This document shows positions 25,511 to 38,221 of a stretch of DNA of 64,000 nt, piece by piece. This DNA is from Marsupella aquatica. Taxonomy: Eukaryota > Plantae > Marchantiophyta. The DNA lies in the NCBI GenBank assembly GCA_973895155.1, contig OZ316894.1:14585680-14649679 (forward strand). Reading direction: 5' to 3'. A model generated the notes under the pieces. That model ran no database searches and was not told the DNA's origin. It saw only the letters and a list, made by a program, of their open reading frames with translations. Positions within the stretch are counted from its first letter, which is position 1. Every line of letters starts with the position of its first letter. Position numbers and translations under genes: made by a program.

Positions 25511-28500
25511 GCACAATTTAGGGGTATTTGGTTGCCCGTTTGGGTGATGGCCCCCCAAAAGAAAAGTGTTGCTCCATAGTACCCCTGAGTGATCCTTCAA
25601 TCAATGTTCCCCAAAACTCAAGAGTCCTATCAAGTAACATTGTTCTCTTGACAGAGGGCCTTTGTGTTATTGTTGGGTCCGATTGTGCCCATCAGAGTTT
25701 CCAGAACCATTCTTTAGGTCTATGAGGGCTTTTCTCTAGGGTTTCGAGATCCAGAAACTCCTTCTCAGGAATCTGAGCAGCCGTATCTTTTCTTGATTTT
25801 GCGCTCGATCTTTGCGATTCCTTGTTTTTATGTTTGCTTCGTTGAAATTGGAGCTCACTGTTCTCTCCATGGTCTACTACTGCACTATCTAAATTTTCTG
25901 TAGTCCGTTTGTTATAAAGTTTGCACCTCAAGTGTCTGTGGAATCTCCATTGAATTTCGGTATTGACTAGAGCAGAATCATCACCGCGGGTTTCAAGGGG
26001 ATTATGCCGACCGTGCCTTTCAATTTTCAATGGAAAAGCGAGCTGACCTATAGCCTACATCGTGCGCCTATAGTCATACACCCTACAAGCAAACTCTGTA
26101 AGTTTTGTCTCGTACTGTGAGAATACTGCTCTGTATCAATTGTATGATTGTGCGAAGAGCATTTTTGGAATGGAATGATCCATCAAAAAGTGATTGGATG
26201 GTTGAAAGTCTACCTTCCTACGCTACATCTCTACGATGCACCAACATAGGGTTCACTCAAACCTGTAGTTGTCATCCTGCTCTTTTTTATGATTATCCTC
26301 AAGTCCAGTGGAAAAGGGAGGGCTATTGTTCTTCTCGGGCTATCCTATCGGGAATCCTAATTGGAAATCTATGATCCATGCAATTGATCAAAATCTACTA
26401 TTGACAGGTTTAAGACCGATTTCAGCCTCGACGCAATGAACCTCAATCTCCTTGTTGTACGCTTTATATAATATATCGTTTTGTGGGTTTAACTTTACGA
26501 CTAGCTTCCATTGGCTCCCGTTGAATTATTGGCTCCCGTTGAATTCCAGTAGATCCTTATTGGAAATTTGTCTAACGTGTGGACAATTGGATCTCTGTGT
26601 TTCCTCACACCTCCAGTGTCTGAACTTCCTATCCGTTTGATTGGTGTTGCTGCTCCGGGTGCTGCTCCCTCAACGGATGAGAGTGCTAATATTTCTGATT
26701 GTGCAGTGCTATTTGGACCGCATCTGAGCTATCTCTGACAGTCCTCAAATTATTTTTGACTTGGAGTCCAGCCCTGAATATAAGTTGAACTTGCACATGA
26801 GTATCACTTATTCGAGAGTACCTAGTGCGTTAGTTAGGGTCGAAAGTCAGTGTCTTCAAATTAAATGGCTTGGAAACTTAAGAACCTGGCAAGGTATTCC
26901 CAATACAGTATCTAATGACATAGACTCGTATTTTCAAAAAGTTGTTGTTGATTGTTTCCGAAGCGACTTCATTCATAAGTGAATGAAATTAAACATCGCT
27001 TGAAACGGTGTTGGAATACTATGTCATTGGAGTGACATAATTGAACTTAATTTAGCACCAGTTGACCAGCTCGGCTGTACCTGTTGCACAACACTTACCT
27101 AGGTGCACAATTTCCGCCATCAGCTAATAATTTTGAATTGATAGCAACCGTGGATAGTCCTGGCTTGTGAGAGGCTGTCAGCTTTCCAATGAACCATGTG
27201 CGACCGACTTAGCAGAATTGCAGAATTGAAAGAGTACATATATTACCCGCGATGGAAGAGGATTTGCCGCTCATTACAGTTAGTTTGGGATCAAGGGAAT
27301 GACAAATGGTCACAGAGGGTTCAATCAGTAGTGCTTACTTACGCTGCATACATAAGGCCTTTCCAATTACTTGCAGCAGGCAAGGGTTTACTGCTTGTGA
27401 AAGGGTTCATGTAACTGTTTGTGCTACTTACTTAAGTTCTCTTCAGAGCACCGTCTTCACGCCCAATTGGGATCAGAGCACTCTCTGGTCAATCGTTTGT
27501 GTTTATTGTCCAGGTAAACAGCTAGTGACTGTAGCTACTGAATGTCTTTATACAGTAGAGTTAGAATTTTTTCTCGCTCAATAGAGTGGCTCCATAAGAA
27601 ATTGTCAACCAGCATATATTGCAGCAGTGTGAACATCAGAGAACATTAGACAGCGGCATGCCGTCTTTGAAAACATCTCTTCTCCTTTAGTGAGCACCGA
27701 TCCTGTACAATCAAGTGCATTCCGGCAACCGTCCACTTTAGCAACCTGCTCAACTTCCCATTGGAGGCCATTGCTGGGAAGGAGAACAAAATCATGTCAT
27801 ACAGTCCGAAAAGAGTACTGCTTGGGAGCTTCAAATTGGCAAACACGCTATAAATCCTGATTGCTTTGCTGTCATCAAACTGTTTGTTTGGGGAGCAGGT
27901 TAATGAAGATGCACTAGAGGTTTGCATATATGCGGTTTGAATATTGCACCTACACTAGAGGAAGACAACAGAATATGGTTGAGCTAAGATTTGGCATACA
28001 CCTTTGTGACAGGTAGCTACACTAGGGGATGATAACAAAACGTGGTTGAAGGTAAGGCTTGGCATGCGCTATATTACAGGTATTTGCATGTGTATCAATC
28101 AAGGGATGATTTATCTTGCAGTTTGAGTTTCCTGTGGTCAACAGTACATTGACTAGGGCTTTGAAGAAGGGCTCTCTACTAAGGAAGAGTGAGGAAGTGT
28201 CCATGGCAGTGTACTCACAGCCATTGCAATAGGCATTAATTTTGTATGTCTTTTATATCCCGTTCAATCCATCATTGGTTGTGTGGTCTATGGAAAATAA
28301 CCTAACCTTTTTTGGGTATCATGTTTCTAAGTTTTTTGTGTTATCCACTTGCAGATTGTGGACAACCTTGAAAGTTGGAACTTTATAAGAGGAAATAGAC
28401 CTTTTGCTATGAGGCACATTTACTCTTCTCCTTCATACAAACAGCGCCAAGAAAGTAAGTATATCATGAGCCCCCGTTGGAGAAGAAAGTCTTGTCCTTG

Positions 28501-28514
28501 AAATAACAAAATAC

Positions 28515-28835
28515 ATGTTTGAAAAAATTCTAAAACTTAGTTACAAATCAAGGCATTCTGGTACACACATCCGAAAGGGTCGGTATACTGTTTGACCTCA
28601 GCTGTAACTTTACAAACCTAAAAAATATGTTTGAAAAAACTATGAAAAGTTATAAATTAAGGCATTCCGGTACACACATCCAAAAGGGTCGGTGTACTGT
28701 TTGACCCGAGTTGTAACTTTACAAACCTAAAAATATTGTTTGAATTTTTTTTTAAAGTTACAAATTAAAGCATTCTTGTACACACATCTGTAAAAGTTGG
28801 CGTCTTGTTTGACCCAAGTTGTAACTTTATGAACT
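28515..28835. repeat. ~108-bp tandem repeat x3, with a fourth isolated copy at ~24503-24575
   Basis: Core AAGGCATTCTGGTACACACATCC..AAGGGTCGGTGTACTGTTTGACCC..GTTGTAACTTTA. Confidence 0.85.
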
Positions 28836-28858
28836 TAATAATTTTTGTTTTCTTGCGG

Positions 28859-30242
28859 ATGGTCAAACGAAAAAAAACTCACCTGATTGAAAATAAATGT
28901 GAAGCATGGGGAGATGATTTCTCTGTTAATTTATTTGTTCAAATTTGGGTATACTTGAGCAAATTGCACCTTGGAAAAGAAAGGTTTGCACTGTCTTGGA
29001 TTCTAAGAGACGAAAAAGTTATTGTACTTTTTGTTACAAAAGTACTCAATATCACGCTCAATAGATCCTCAAAGTTTTCCAAAGCTATACTTTGGAATGA
29101 GTATAAAAATTGCAAGGATAGACAAAATGAAGTTCCTGTGTTCTGTCCGGATACATGGAAAGAAATTGATGAAATTTTTTCCAATCATCAATGTAGGTTG
29201 AACTTACCAAAACCCATACGTCAGTTCATTGGAATGTTTTCTCACTATACTCAAAGAAAACTTCAAACTATGAGAAAAGTTCAAGAAACCTCTTGTGCTA
29301 CAAGTAGTTTTTTTTCTAAAGTAGAAGTAACTGTCCATCGTATCTCTTCCTCTCGTGTTGCACATTACAAAGGGTGCATCCTTGGAACATGGAATGGTAA
29401 GAAGGCTAGTTCTTCCTCTGCTAATGTTGGGTTTATATTTAGGGACTTCCCTAATGATTTTGTGGTTATGGACAAAACCCATAACTGTACATATTTTTAC
29501 GATAGGTCAGGATCCAAGCCTTATCTTATAGCAGTGGTTGTACGCCATCAAAAACTATCATGTGAAACTATGAGTTTCATTCGAAGTTTATTAGTTTCCT
29601 TATTTGATTCACATTAGGAGATTAAAAGGGGAAAAAACAAGGCATCATTCGAGAGTTACATGACAGGATTTGGTCCTTTTGATAATCCATACAAGTCCAA
29701 AAGAGTATCTTTTTATACTCACAAAACAAAAATCAGGCATCTCTTAGCAGACTGTGCACAATCCATGACTTCCGCTTTTGAGGATTTAGTTGATAAGTAC
29801 TCTCATTTTGAGCTTGTCAACATCATTTTGGCTCTCTACATGTGGTGGTGCCCTACAGTGTTGGAAAGTTATTTCAAATACTCCCACCCATATCTTGCTC
29901 CTGAAGACCACGAGATGTCATTTTTTGAGAAAGAATTGGAAAGTAAAGGGCCAAGCTCTTATCAACTTTACATCAGCAAAGATTACTGCCCCAAAATGCA
30001 CGAAGATGAAGACACAGCAGAGTTTACATTATGTTATGCTAGTCATTTCGCCAATCGATTTTGTGATTCCTGAATATGGAATGCGTCTGGGAATTGAAGA
30101 TGGCAACCTCTTTGCTTTCCGTAGTGATGTTGTACATGGCACGGCATACAAGAGCTCAACTAGTAATGCCGCTTATGTAGGTGCTCTTACGATAAATAAA
30201 AAACTGGATAGATTGTTACAAAGGAATCATAGAAATACTTAA
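28859..30242 (+). pseudogene. TET/JBP-like (Tet-like 2OG-Fe(II)) dioxygenase, ~460 aa when repaired; one stop (29615-29617) and one +1 frameshift (~30046-30048)
   Basis: ORFs 28805..29617 and 29660..30073 are in frame and continue into the 3' part of 29790..30242. Motifs MTGFG, YISKDYCPKMHEDED (HxD), FVIPEYG, GNLFAF, HGT (distal His), GALTINKK; N-terminal KRKK. Confidence 0.72.
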
Positions 30243-30810
30243 ATTTGTTAGATTGTACATCCACTTATAAATCTTTCAAAAATGATTTCTTTGTAGTCTC
30301 TAGTAGTGATCATCAAAACTTAACATTGCTAGACCTTTACAAATGATTAAAAACATTTTTTTCAGTCTATTTTGCACTACATTTTTGACAACTTCTATTC
30401 TCAACTATTTGATAAACATCCCAAAGCTCTTCCAAAAGTTCCATATGAGCCTCTTCTTCCTGGAATGTTGGCTTGAAAAACATTTTCAGCAACCAATCAT
30501 ATTTCCATCGATACATGGCTTTTCCTTCACAACCTCCGCTGACTAGCCCACTACGATGAATTCTTGGATTGTCTATGCATTCAGTTTGAGTACTAGTATT
30601 CATGCTGTAAACAGTCATATCACTACTGTCACATGAACTGCAACCAGACTCTTCACCTAAAACACATTTAAATTAACAGTCCAATCAAATTCACAATACT
30701 ACTCAAAATGCAGTAATCTAGATTGTCTCACAAAGATATAATTGTCATGGTAAATCTAGCTTTAATATTTGTCTCAATAGTAGGTCGTCAGCATCGTGTC
30801 ATCAGCAGCA

Positions 30811-33800
30811 TCAATCGTCATGTGGAGTAGCAGCTTCCACGGTCATCATGCATTGCACGCTCCGTAGTCCAATCGCCTGGCAGTGTCGGTGATGAACTGA
30901 TGGTGGTAATGATTTGGTGAAGAGATCTGCATAGTTGTCTACACTTGAAATCTGCAAAATATTGATCTCTTTTCCATGTAACTCGTGGGTGTAGAAAAAC
31001 TTCGGAGCTATATGCTTCACGCGATCACCTTTGATGAATCCTTTTGTGATCTGCTGTATACATGCTGCGTTATCCTCAAAGATGTTAGTAGGCTTCGTTA
31101 GTGGTGGTAGGCCGCATTTGGTGTTGATGTGGTTTATAAAGGATCGTAACCAAACGGCTTCACGACTAGCCTCATGTAGAGCTAAAATCTCTGAGTGATT
31201 CGACGAGGTTGCTGTTAGGGTCTGTTTCACGCTTTTCCAAGAAAAAGCGGTACCCCCTATGGTAAAAACATATCCGGTTTGGGATTTTGCGGTGTCGGTG
31301 TCGGAAAGATATCCTGCATCCGCGTATCCTATGAGTTTGTGGTTTGCACCAAATGGGTAAAATAGCCCGGTATCGGTGGTGCCACGCAAATACCTAAATA
31401 CATGCTTAACTTTGTTCCAGTGTCTGGCTGTGGGAGTTGCACTATGTCTGGCTAGTAAGTTAATTGAAAATGCAATGTCTGGTCTGGTCTGATTTGCTAG
31501 GTACATTAATGCTCCTATCGCAGAAAGATAAGGAGTTTCTGGTCCTAATATTGGTTCATGTTCCTTGCGCTTGCGAAAAACGTCAGTATTGTTTTCTAAT
31601 GAACGTACTACCATTGGTGACGTCAATGGGTGTGCTAGGTTCATATTGAACTGTTTTAAGATCTTTTCAGTTTGTGTTGTTTGATGGAGCATCATGCCAG
31701 TAGGTAAGATCTCCAGTTGTAATCCTAAGCAAAAGTGTGTATGTCCAAGGTCTTTCATCTCAAATGTTGATTTAAGACTAGTAATAGTATCTTCTATAAT
31801 TTGGGGTGTCCCAAATATGTTTAAGTCATCAACGTAGATGGAAATGATGACATATTCGTCATCCATATGTTTAATAAATAAACATGGGGTAATTGCATCA
31901 TGGGTAAAGCCCATGGTAATCATTTCATCAGTAAATCTTTGATACCATACTCTGCCACTTTGTTTCAGGCCATATAATGCCTTCAACACGCGGATAGCTA
32001 GTCCCCGACGAGTATTCCGTACGGTTGACACAGTAGTGTTGTTATTGTGAGTTACATGTGTAGATGACACATGAGGTGTAACTTGAGATAATTGTTTTAT
32101 ATTCTTATGTAAATATGGGATATGCGATTTAGCGCCTTGAGCTAAGGCTCGGCGTCGTTGCTCCAACTCGGGAGGTGATCGCATGTATAGATAAGTGTCT
32201 AAAGTGCCATATAAATATGCAGTTGCAACATCCAGTTGTCGCATCTGTAGTTGATGGAAAATGGCAAATCCGATAAGATATCGGAATGTTGTGCTATCCA
32301 TAACCGGTGAATAGGTTTCATCGTAATGAATTCCCGGTTGTTGTGTTAATCCTTTCCCTACCAGACGTGCTTTGTAGCATACAACTTGGCCTTTATCATT
32401 TCTTTTGCGGACAAATGTCCACTTGTAGCCAATGAGGTGTACGTCTTGCGGTGTTGGCTCGACTGGGCCAAAAGTGTGTCTGCTTAGTAGGGAGTCTAAT
32501 TCTCCGTTTACAGCTTTTTGCCATTTAGGCCAATCTGGTCTGTTTTGGCATTCTAATATAGATATTGGTTCGGGTGTTTCGTCTGTGATATGTGTTGCCA
32601 CCATTAATGCAAAAGCATCATCTATTGAAGTAGTATTTCTATCCCACATCGTACCGGTGTATGCGTAGTGGATAGAAATCTCTTCATGAGTTGTGGATTC
32701 GGTATGATCGACATTAGGTGAAGGTGGTATAGATGAACCACGCCTTCTTGGTTGTTTATCCTTTGATCCCAAAGGTCTGCCACATTTGGTACGAGGTTGG
32801 GATGTACTTGCTGGCTCACTTGATAGTTCAATGCAAGCTGATGCTCTCGCAGCTGGAATATGTGAGCGGGTAACTTGTGATGTATCGACAAAAGCGTCTA
32901 GAAGTTCTTCCACAATCTTGTGGAGTTGCAAAATTTGCTGAACTTCTTTCTCCCCTTGATTCGTTCTAAGGTCTTGCCAAATGGCGAATGTCTTTCCCAC
33001 TCCAAAGGTGGTTGTGGGTGTTCAGGGGTTATTAATGGTGGGTAAATGTGTTCATCAAAATGGCAATCTAGAAATCTGGCTTTATAAACGTCGCCAGTTG
33101 TAGGCTCCATATATCGGATTATGGACGGTGAGTCGAATCCGATGTATATCCCCAACTATCGTTGGGATCCCATCTTGGTTCGTTTGGGTGGAGTAATGGG
33201 GACCATTACTTGACATCCAAATGAACGAAGGTGTGATAGGTCAGGTTTGATACCATTAGCAATTTGATATGGGCTATATGTATTAAAAGCCAATGGGCGA
33301 TATTGGATTAATGCATTAGCCTGTAATATGGCGTGTCCCCATGCTGAGACTGGGAGTTTCGACTGCATTAGTAGTGGGCGTGCGATTAATTGAAGGCGTT
33401 TAATGACCGCTTCAGCTAATTCGTTCTAAAAATGCACGTGAGGTACAGGATATTGTACGTCTATGCCAAGTGATGTGCAAAAGTCGTCAAATGTTTCGGA
33501 TGTGAATTCCCCTACATTGTCCACCCTGAGTGTCTTAATGGGGTGATATGGGAATTGTGCCTTCACGCGCAGGATTTGCGCCAAGATACGAGGCATAACC
33601 GTGTTCCTCGTTGAAAGCAGTGTCACATTTGACCATTTAGTTGATGCGTCGATTAATACCATAAAGTAGCGGAAAGGTCTGCTTGGAGGGTTAATTGGCC
33701 CGCAAATATCTGCATGGATGATTTCCAAGAATTGGGGTATTTTAGTTGGCAATTTTGATGCTGTGGGCCTTGTTATTAATTTTCCGCGTGAGCATGCAGT

Positions 33801-35473
33801 GCATGGGGTGCTCGCTGGAAAGTGGCGTGTATTGATTGGAATGCCTCTTGAATTCTTAATGATTTTGGTTAGCATTGATTGGCCGGGGTGGCCGAGGTGT
33901 GCATGCCAAAGCGCATGCAATTTGCTTGTGTTGGCATTGTTATGCAGGCATTCAATATGAGTTACATAAAACCCGCAAGGATACGAGAAAAGTGTTTCTT
34001 TAATGATTTTCCCCGTAGGGGTATTTTCAACCAAGTGTATCACTTCCTGGTCTCTTGTGTCGCCCGTCTGGACATGTAGTCCATTTGCTCGTATATCTCT
34101 AAAACTGAGGAGATTATGGGTTATGTTCGGGGCAAAAATGGCAGATTCTATGTGAATTGCTGTACCCTGCGGTAGTCTAATGGAGGTTGGGCCATTTAGA
34201 AGAAGGCCATTTATAGTGGTCAGGGATCTACGTGAGGGTGTAATCTTGTGGAAAAGGTGTCTATCCCTGAGGATAGTATGCGTGGTCGCACTGTCGATAA
34301 TACATGTGCTTGGACTATTTAAATCTAGTGTAGTGGAGCTATTTGCCACTAAGTGTGCCTCGGGTGGGGCAGGTAGGTCTGAAAAGTCTTGGAATGGGTC
34401 ACTAGACTCCATAAACGCCCCGTGGGTTTCACGGGGTGGTGGCCTAGAGGTTTGTCCATCCTGGATGGACCGTTGGTATAGATCTCTAAGGTGTTGTGGG
34501 ATTCTACAGTTTCTCGCTAGGTGGTTTGTCATGCCACATTCATGGCATTTCGGTCGTTCCCGTTGTTGTCGGGATTGTGACCAATCGTTTCTATGGTTGT
34601 TGTTATATGTTCTACCACCGCCGCGTCCACCACGTCCACCACGTCCTCCGCGTCCTCCATGTCCTCCATGTCCTTCTCGTCCACCACGTCCTCCACATCC
34701 TCTAAAGGTCCGTTGGGAGTTATATTATGGACGTTGGTTATAGAAACTCCCCCTATTGTGGGTGTTTTTTTGGTTGCCATTCTTAGTGCGCTTAATGCCT
34801 TGCCTCGATGTGGAGGGTTCAGCATTTTCTATGTTATGGGTTTCATTTTGTTGTCCTGAGGGCAGTGTGCCTGTAGGTTGTTTTCTAGAGTTTACTAAAA
34901 GAAGTTCTTGGTTTCTTTTGGTGACTAGGAGGTGGGCTATGAGCTCGGAGTATTGCCCGAACTTCATGTTTCGATACTGTGTTGATAGCCACACATTCAA
35001 TGAATGAAATGTCGACAAGGTCTTCTCTAGCAGATCCTTGTCTGTGACCAGCTCGCCACATAGTGCGAGGGTTGAGGTTATTCTAAAGAGTTCGCTATTG
35101 TAGGCTGAAATAGAGGTAAAGTCCTGGACTCGTAGGTTTAGCCAGTCTTGCCTGGCTTTAGGTAGTTGACCAGTTTTTGGTGGTCAAATCGGGTTTGGAG
35201 CGCTGTCCAAAGTTCACGGGGGGTTGAGAGGTCCATGTATTGTCTTTGTAGGAATCTATGGATATGGCGTCTAAGGAATACTAGGGCTTTCGATTCGTTG
35301 GCTTTAGTTAACGGGTCTAGTTGTGGTTCGCCGGCTAGGATGGGTTGAGCAAGCCCTATAGCTGGGAGTAGGGTTAGCGAGGTTAGGTTTTCTTTTAGGT
35401 TCATGGACCATTCTAGGTAGTTGCCGCCATCTATTTCTAGGGCTGGAAAGTTGAGTTTCTCTAGGTTGGTCAT
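30811..35473 (-). pseudogene. Copia gag-pol polyprotein with frameshifts and stops
   Basis: Gag NYLEW; protease IIDSATT; WHAHLGH..CTAC; IN HADICGP/RVDN; RT YKARLV, LYGLKQSG, YVDDL; RH GYADA. Confidence 0.93.
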
Positions 35474-37023
35474 CGGGGTAGTGGCTTGATTCCTTCTAAT
35501 GGTAATTGAGGCTTATTTACTAGTAAGTATAGTAAGAAACGACAAAGCACATTTCTGCGGCATGCAAAGTGGGGTTGGGTGCAGAGAGCATGCAAATCCG
35601 GAATTCAATTTTAGGGTTTGAATTAGGATTTAGGTTTTCCTTGTTATTTGATTAACTGCAAATTTTCCTTTGTATGTGCTCTTTCCTTTGTTGAATTGTG
35701 CAGTAATGCAGTTTTGCAGTTTGTGCAGTTATGGGTGGTAATTTACTCGTGCCCTTGTTAAGTGCACATGCGGCTTTGTGAAGTTAATTTTCTTTGTTAC
35801 GAAATGCAATTATGGAGGTTTTGCGGTTATAGGTGGTGCACTTAGCGGTTTTCGTTCGGACTCGATGTTTTGTCGATGAAATGTAGCACCATTTCACCTC
35901 TTGGTGGCCCCCGTCATGCCTCTTTGTGCGACCTTCAGATCTTGTTTTTATTTGTGGCCATGCCTCCTCAGGTGCTTTCGATCTCTCCTTCTAGTCTTTA
36001 TGCAATCTTCATAGCCCCTCTCAGGTTTTTTCGCTTTATGACTCTTTTTCGCCTTCTGAGTTTGCTTCTTCTTTGATCCGATCCACTTTGTGCTCTTTTG
36101 ATTTTCGTTTGCTTTGTTCCCTCTCAATTGCCAGATCTTGTCATTACGGGGTTCCTTCCTTTCGATGCTGTCATGATTATCTTCGAATTCCTCCTCTGTC
36201 TTATGCGCTCCTCATAACCTCTCCAAAAGCGTTCGGCCTTACCATGCGCCCTTATTTCCTTCTCTTTCTCCTTTGGCATCATTGGGCCCATGCTGCATCG
36301 TCGCGAGCATTTTTCTTTCTTCGCTTGCTGCCTTGTTAATTTGCTGCTGGCACCTGATCAATGCTTTTGTGCCACTCGATGCTTTCAGCCTCTCGCTGCT
36401 AGTGGCCTTTCCATTCGCTCCCGATCTCCTTATTTCAAAATCTTCTGAGGTCGTTCGCTTCGGCCTGAGTCTACTCTTTCGCCTCTGCTACTCACTACAT
36501 TGGTTTCTTCTTTGTACTTATCGATCCTCTTTGACTAGATTAATGTTTGATTGTCGCTCGCGCTCATGCTTTCTCATCTTTTGACTTGCGAGAATCACGG
36601 GCCTCTTTAGATCTCCTTGCTGCGCCTGTGATAGGCTTCACTTTTTGACAACAACATTCTTTCGCTCTTATTTCTTTAATTGCTTGATTCGCCTTGGCTA
36701 TGCTCCTTCTGTGCATTAGCCGTTCCTTCATTGTCCATTGTCGATCCTTTTCAATTTAGGTTCTTATCAATTTTTGATCTCCATAGCCTTTCGAGAGTTT
36801 CTTCGCTTCTTTCCGAGCTCTTTTCTTCTCTCTTGATTCTCCTCGATGAGTCCCTAGTCGATGTCCTTATGAATTCTCTGTTTCTCTGCCCTCAGCTCTC
36901 TGATTTTGGATCCGTTGTCCTTGTGCTCCTTAGGTTTTAAAGTCGTCCTCTCGATCCCCCATTCAAAAAATTTCAATCTTCCCTGGTCTTCTCCTTTCTC
37001 TTTTTGCTCTGCTGGCTGAGGCT

Positions 37024-37151
37024 TCGTGCTGATAACGTGTGAGAGTATGAATGGAATGAATCATGTATAGTCTGTGGTGGTTGGTACATATAGTGGTGTA
37101 GGTCCGGTGACTGGCTGATCCGGTCGTCCGATCACCAGGTAGAGTCTAACA
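37024..37151 (-). repeat. 5' LTR (114 bp, 37038-37151) plus half-tRNA-iMet-type PBS
   Basis: Minus strand TGTTAG...CTCACA immediately followed by CGTTATCAGCACGA. Confidence 0.85.
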
Positions 37152-38221
37152 ATAGTGACTATTCACTCAGGCAATTACTTTTTCTGTCAACGAATCAGTC
37201 ATGTACTTAAAAGGTAGTACAATATAGTGTGGTGAAATGTTTTTTGTGTGCTGATCTCCACAAATTAAAGTAGCAAATAGTCTCACGCTTATGATAGCAT
37301 CCACTTAACACTACATGTAGTTAAAATGTATGTGTTCTATGTACATGTTACGTTTTCCTGGAGATACTTCTATCTTAATACTTCCAGGAAAGCTAGAAGT
37401 AGCACCATCATCAAACAAAGAACGCTTAGGAATATCTCGTAATCCACCTGCATCTCGTTTGTTGTTCATTCAAGCAATGACTTTCCCTGCCTGGTTTGCT
37501 GTCAAATTGACCAAAATGTCCACAGGTACTTTGAATGAATGACGTAGCTGTCTCAACTGATCTATTGCTGCTCCTCTTGTATGACATTTCAGTAATTTCA
37601 TGCTCTCTTTCCTTGCCAGTGTTTCATTATCAAATGAAACATGTTTGTAATGTAGACATTCTTTTACAATGCCTGCACACAAGTCCATATGTACATAAGA
37701 ATCACACAATATGTAATCTAGTAAAAAGAATTTGCCATGTATATATAGCTAAACAATTTAGAAAGTAAGATTCATACCAGATGCCGGATACTCTCCATGC
37801 ATATCCAAAAACATTTGTTGCCATTCCTTTTTAGCATCAATGAGAAGACTCATGCCCTTCACACTTATACCACCTTCCCACTCTGTCATCTCTATCCCCA
37901 ATGAATCTGCATAGCTAATTTGTTTTGGTGTAGGCTCCTTCATTGGTTCCTCCCCTTTATCTTCTGTGTCTTCATCCTTGATATCAACAAGGATCATTCG
38001 TAAAAACTCTTCGGCTGTCGGGGTTCCGTGTTCTGTTGCCGTTGCTCTTACTTTCACTTCAGGCGACAATTCAGATGCCAAGTTGACTGGAGATTGTTGT
38101 GTACCATTTCCGTAATTGAAAACAACATTCTCAGTTGCTTTCAAGTTCTCTGTGTTGTGCAAATTCCTCTTCGGTGCCATTTCAAAAGATCTGCACATGT
38201 CATTCCCCAACTTACTACATC

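Larger units (their letters stand above)
30782..37151 (-). mobile_element. Copia LTR retrotransposon, Bianca lineage, degenerate, 3' LTR absent
   Basis: Gag (35473-34529), PR-GAG_pre-IN (34532-32898), RT-RH (33000-30811). Bianca-type ETYSPVMD..TFRYL, SSNHSEI, IKGDR.KHI.PKFFYTHEL. ATAGT at 30777-30781 and 37152-37156. Confidence 0.92.

Noticed and set aside
34180-34859. Pro/Arg-, His- and Ser/Thr-rich plus-strand ORFs
   Set aside because: Antisense shadows of the RGRGG repeat in Copia gag.
35500-37020. Possible extra coiled-coil ORF in the long purine-rich Bianca leader, and Leu/Phe-rich plus-strand ORFs
   Set aside because: No minus-strand ORF of 60 aa or more exists here; strand compositional bias explains the plus-strand ORFs.
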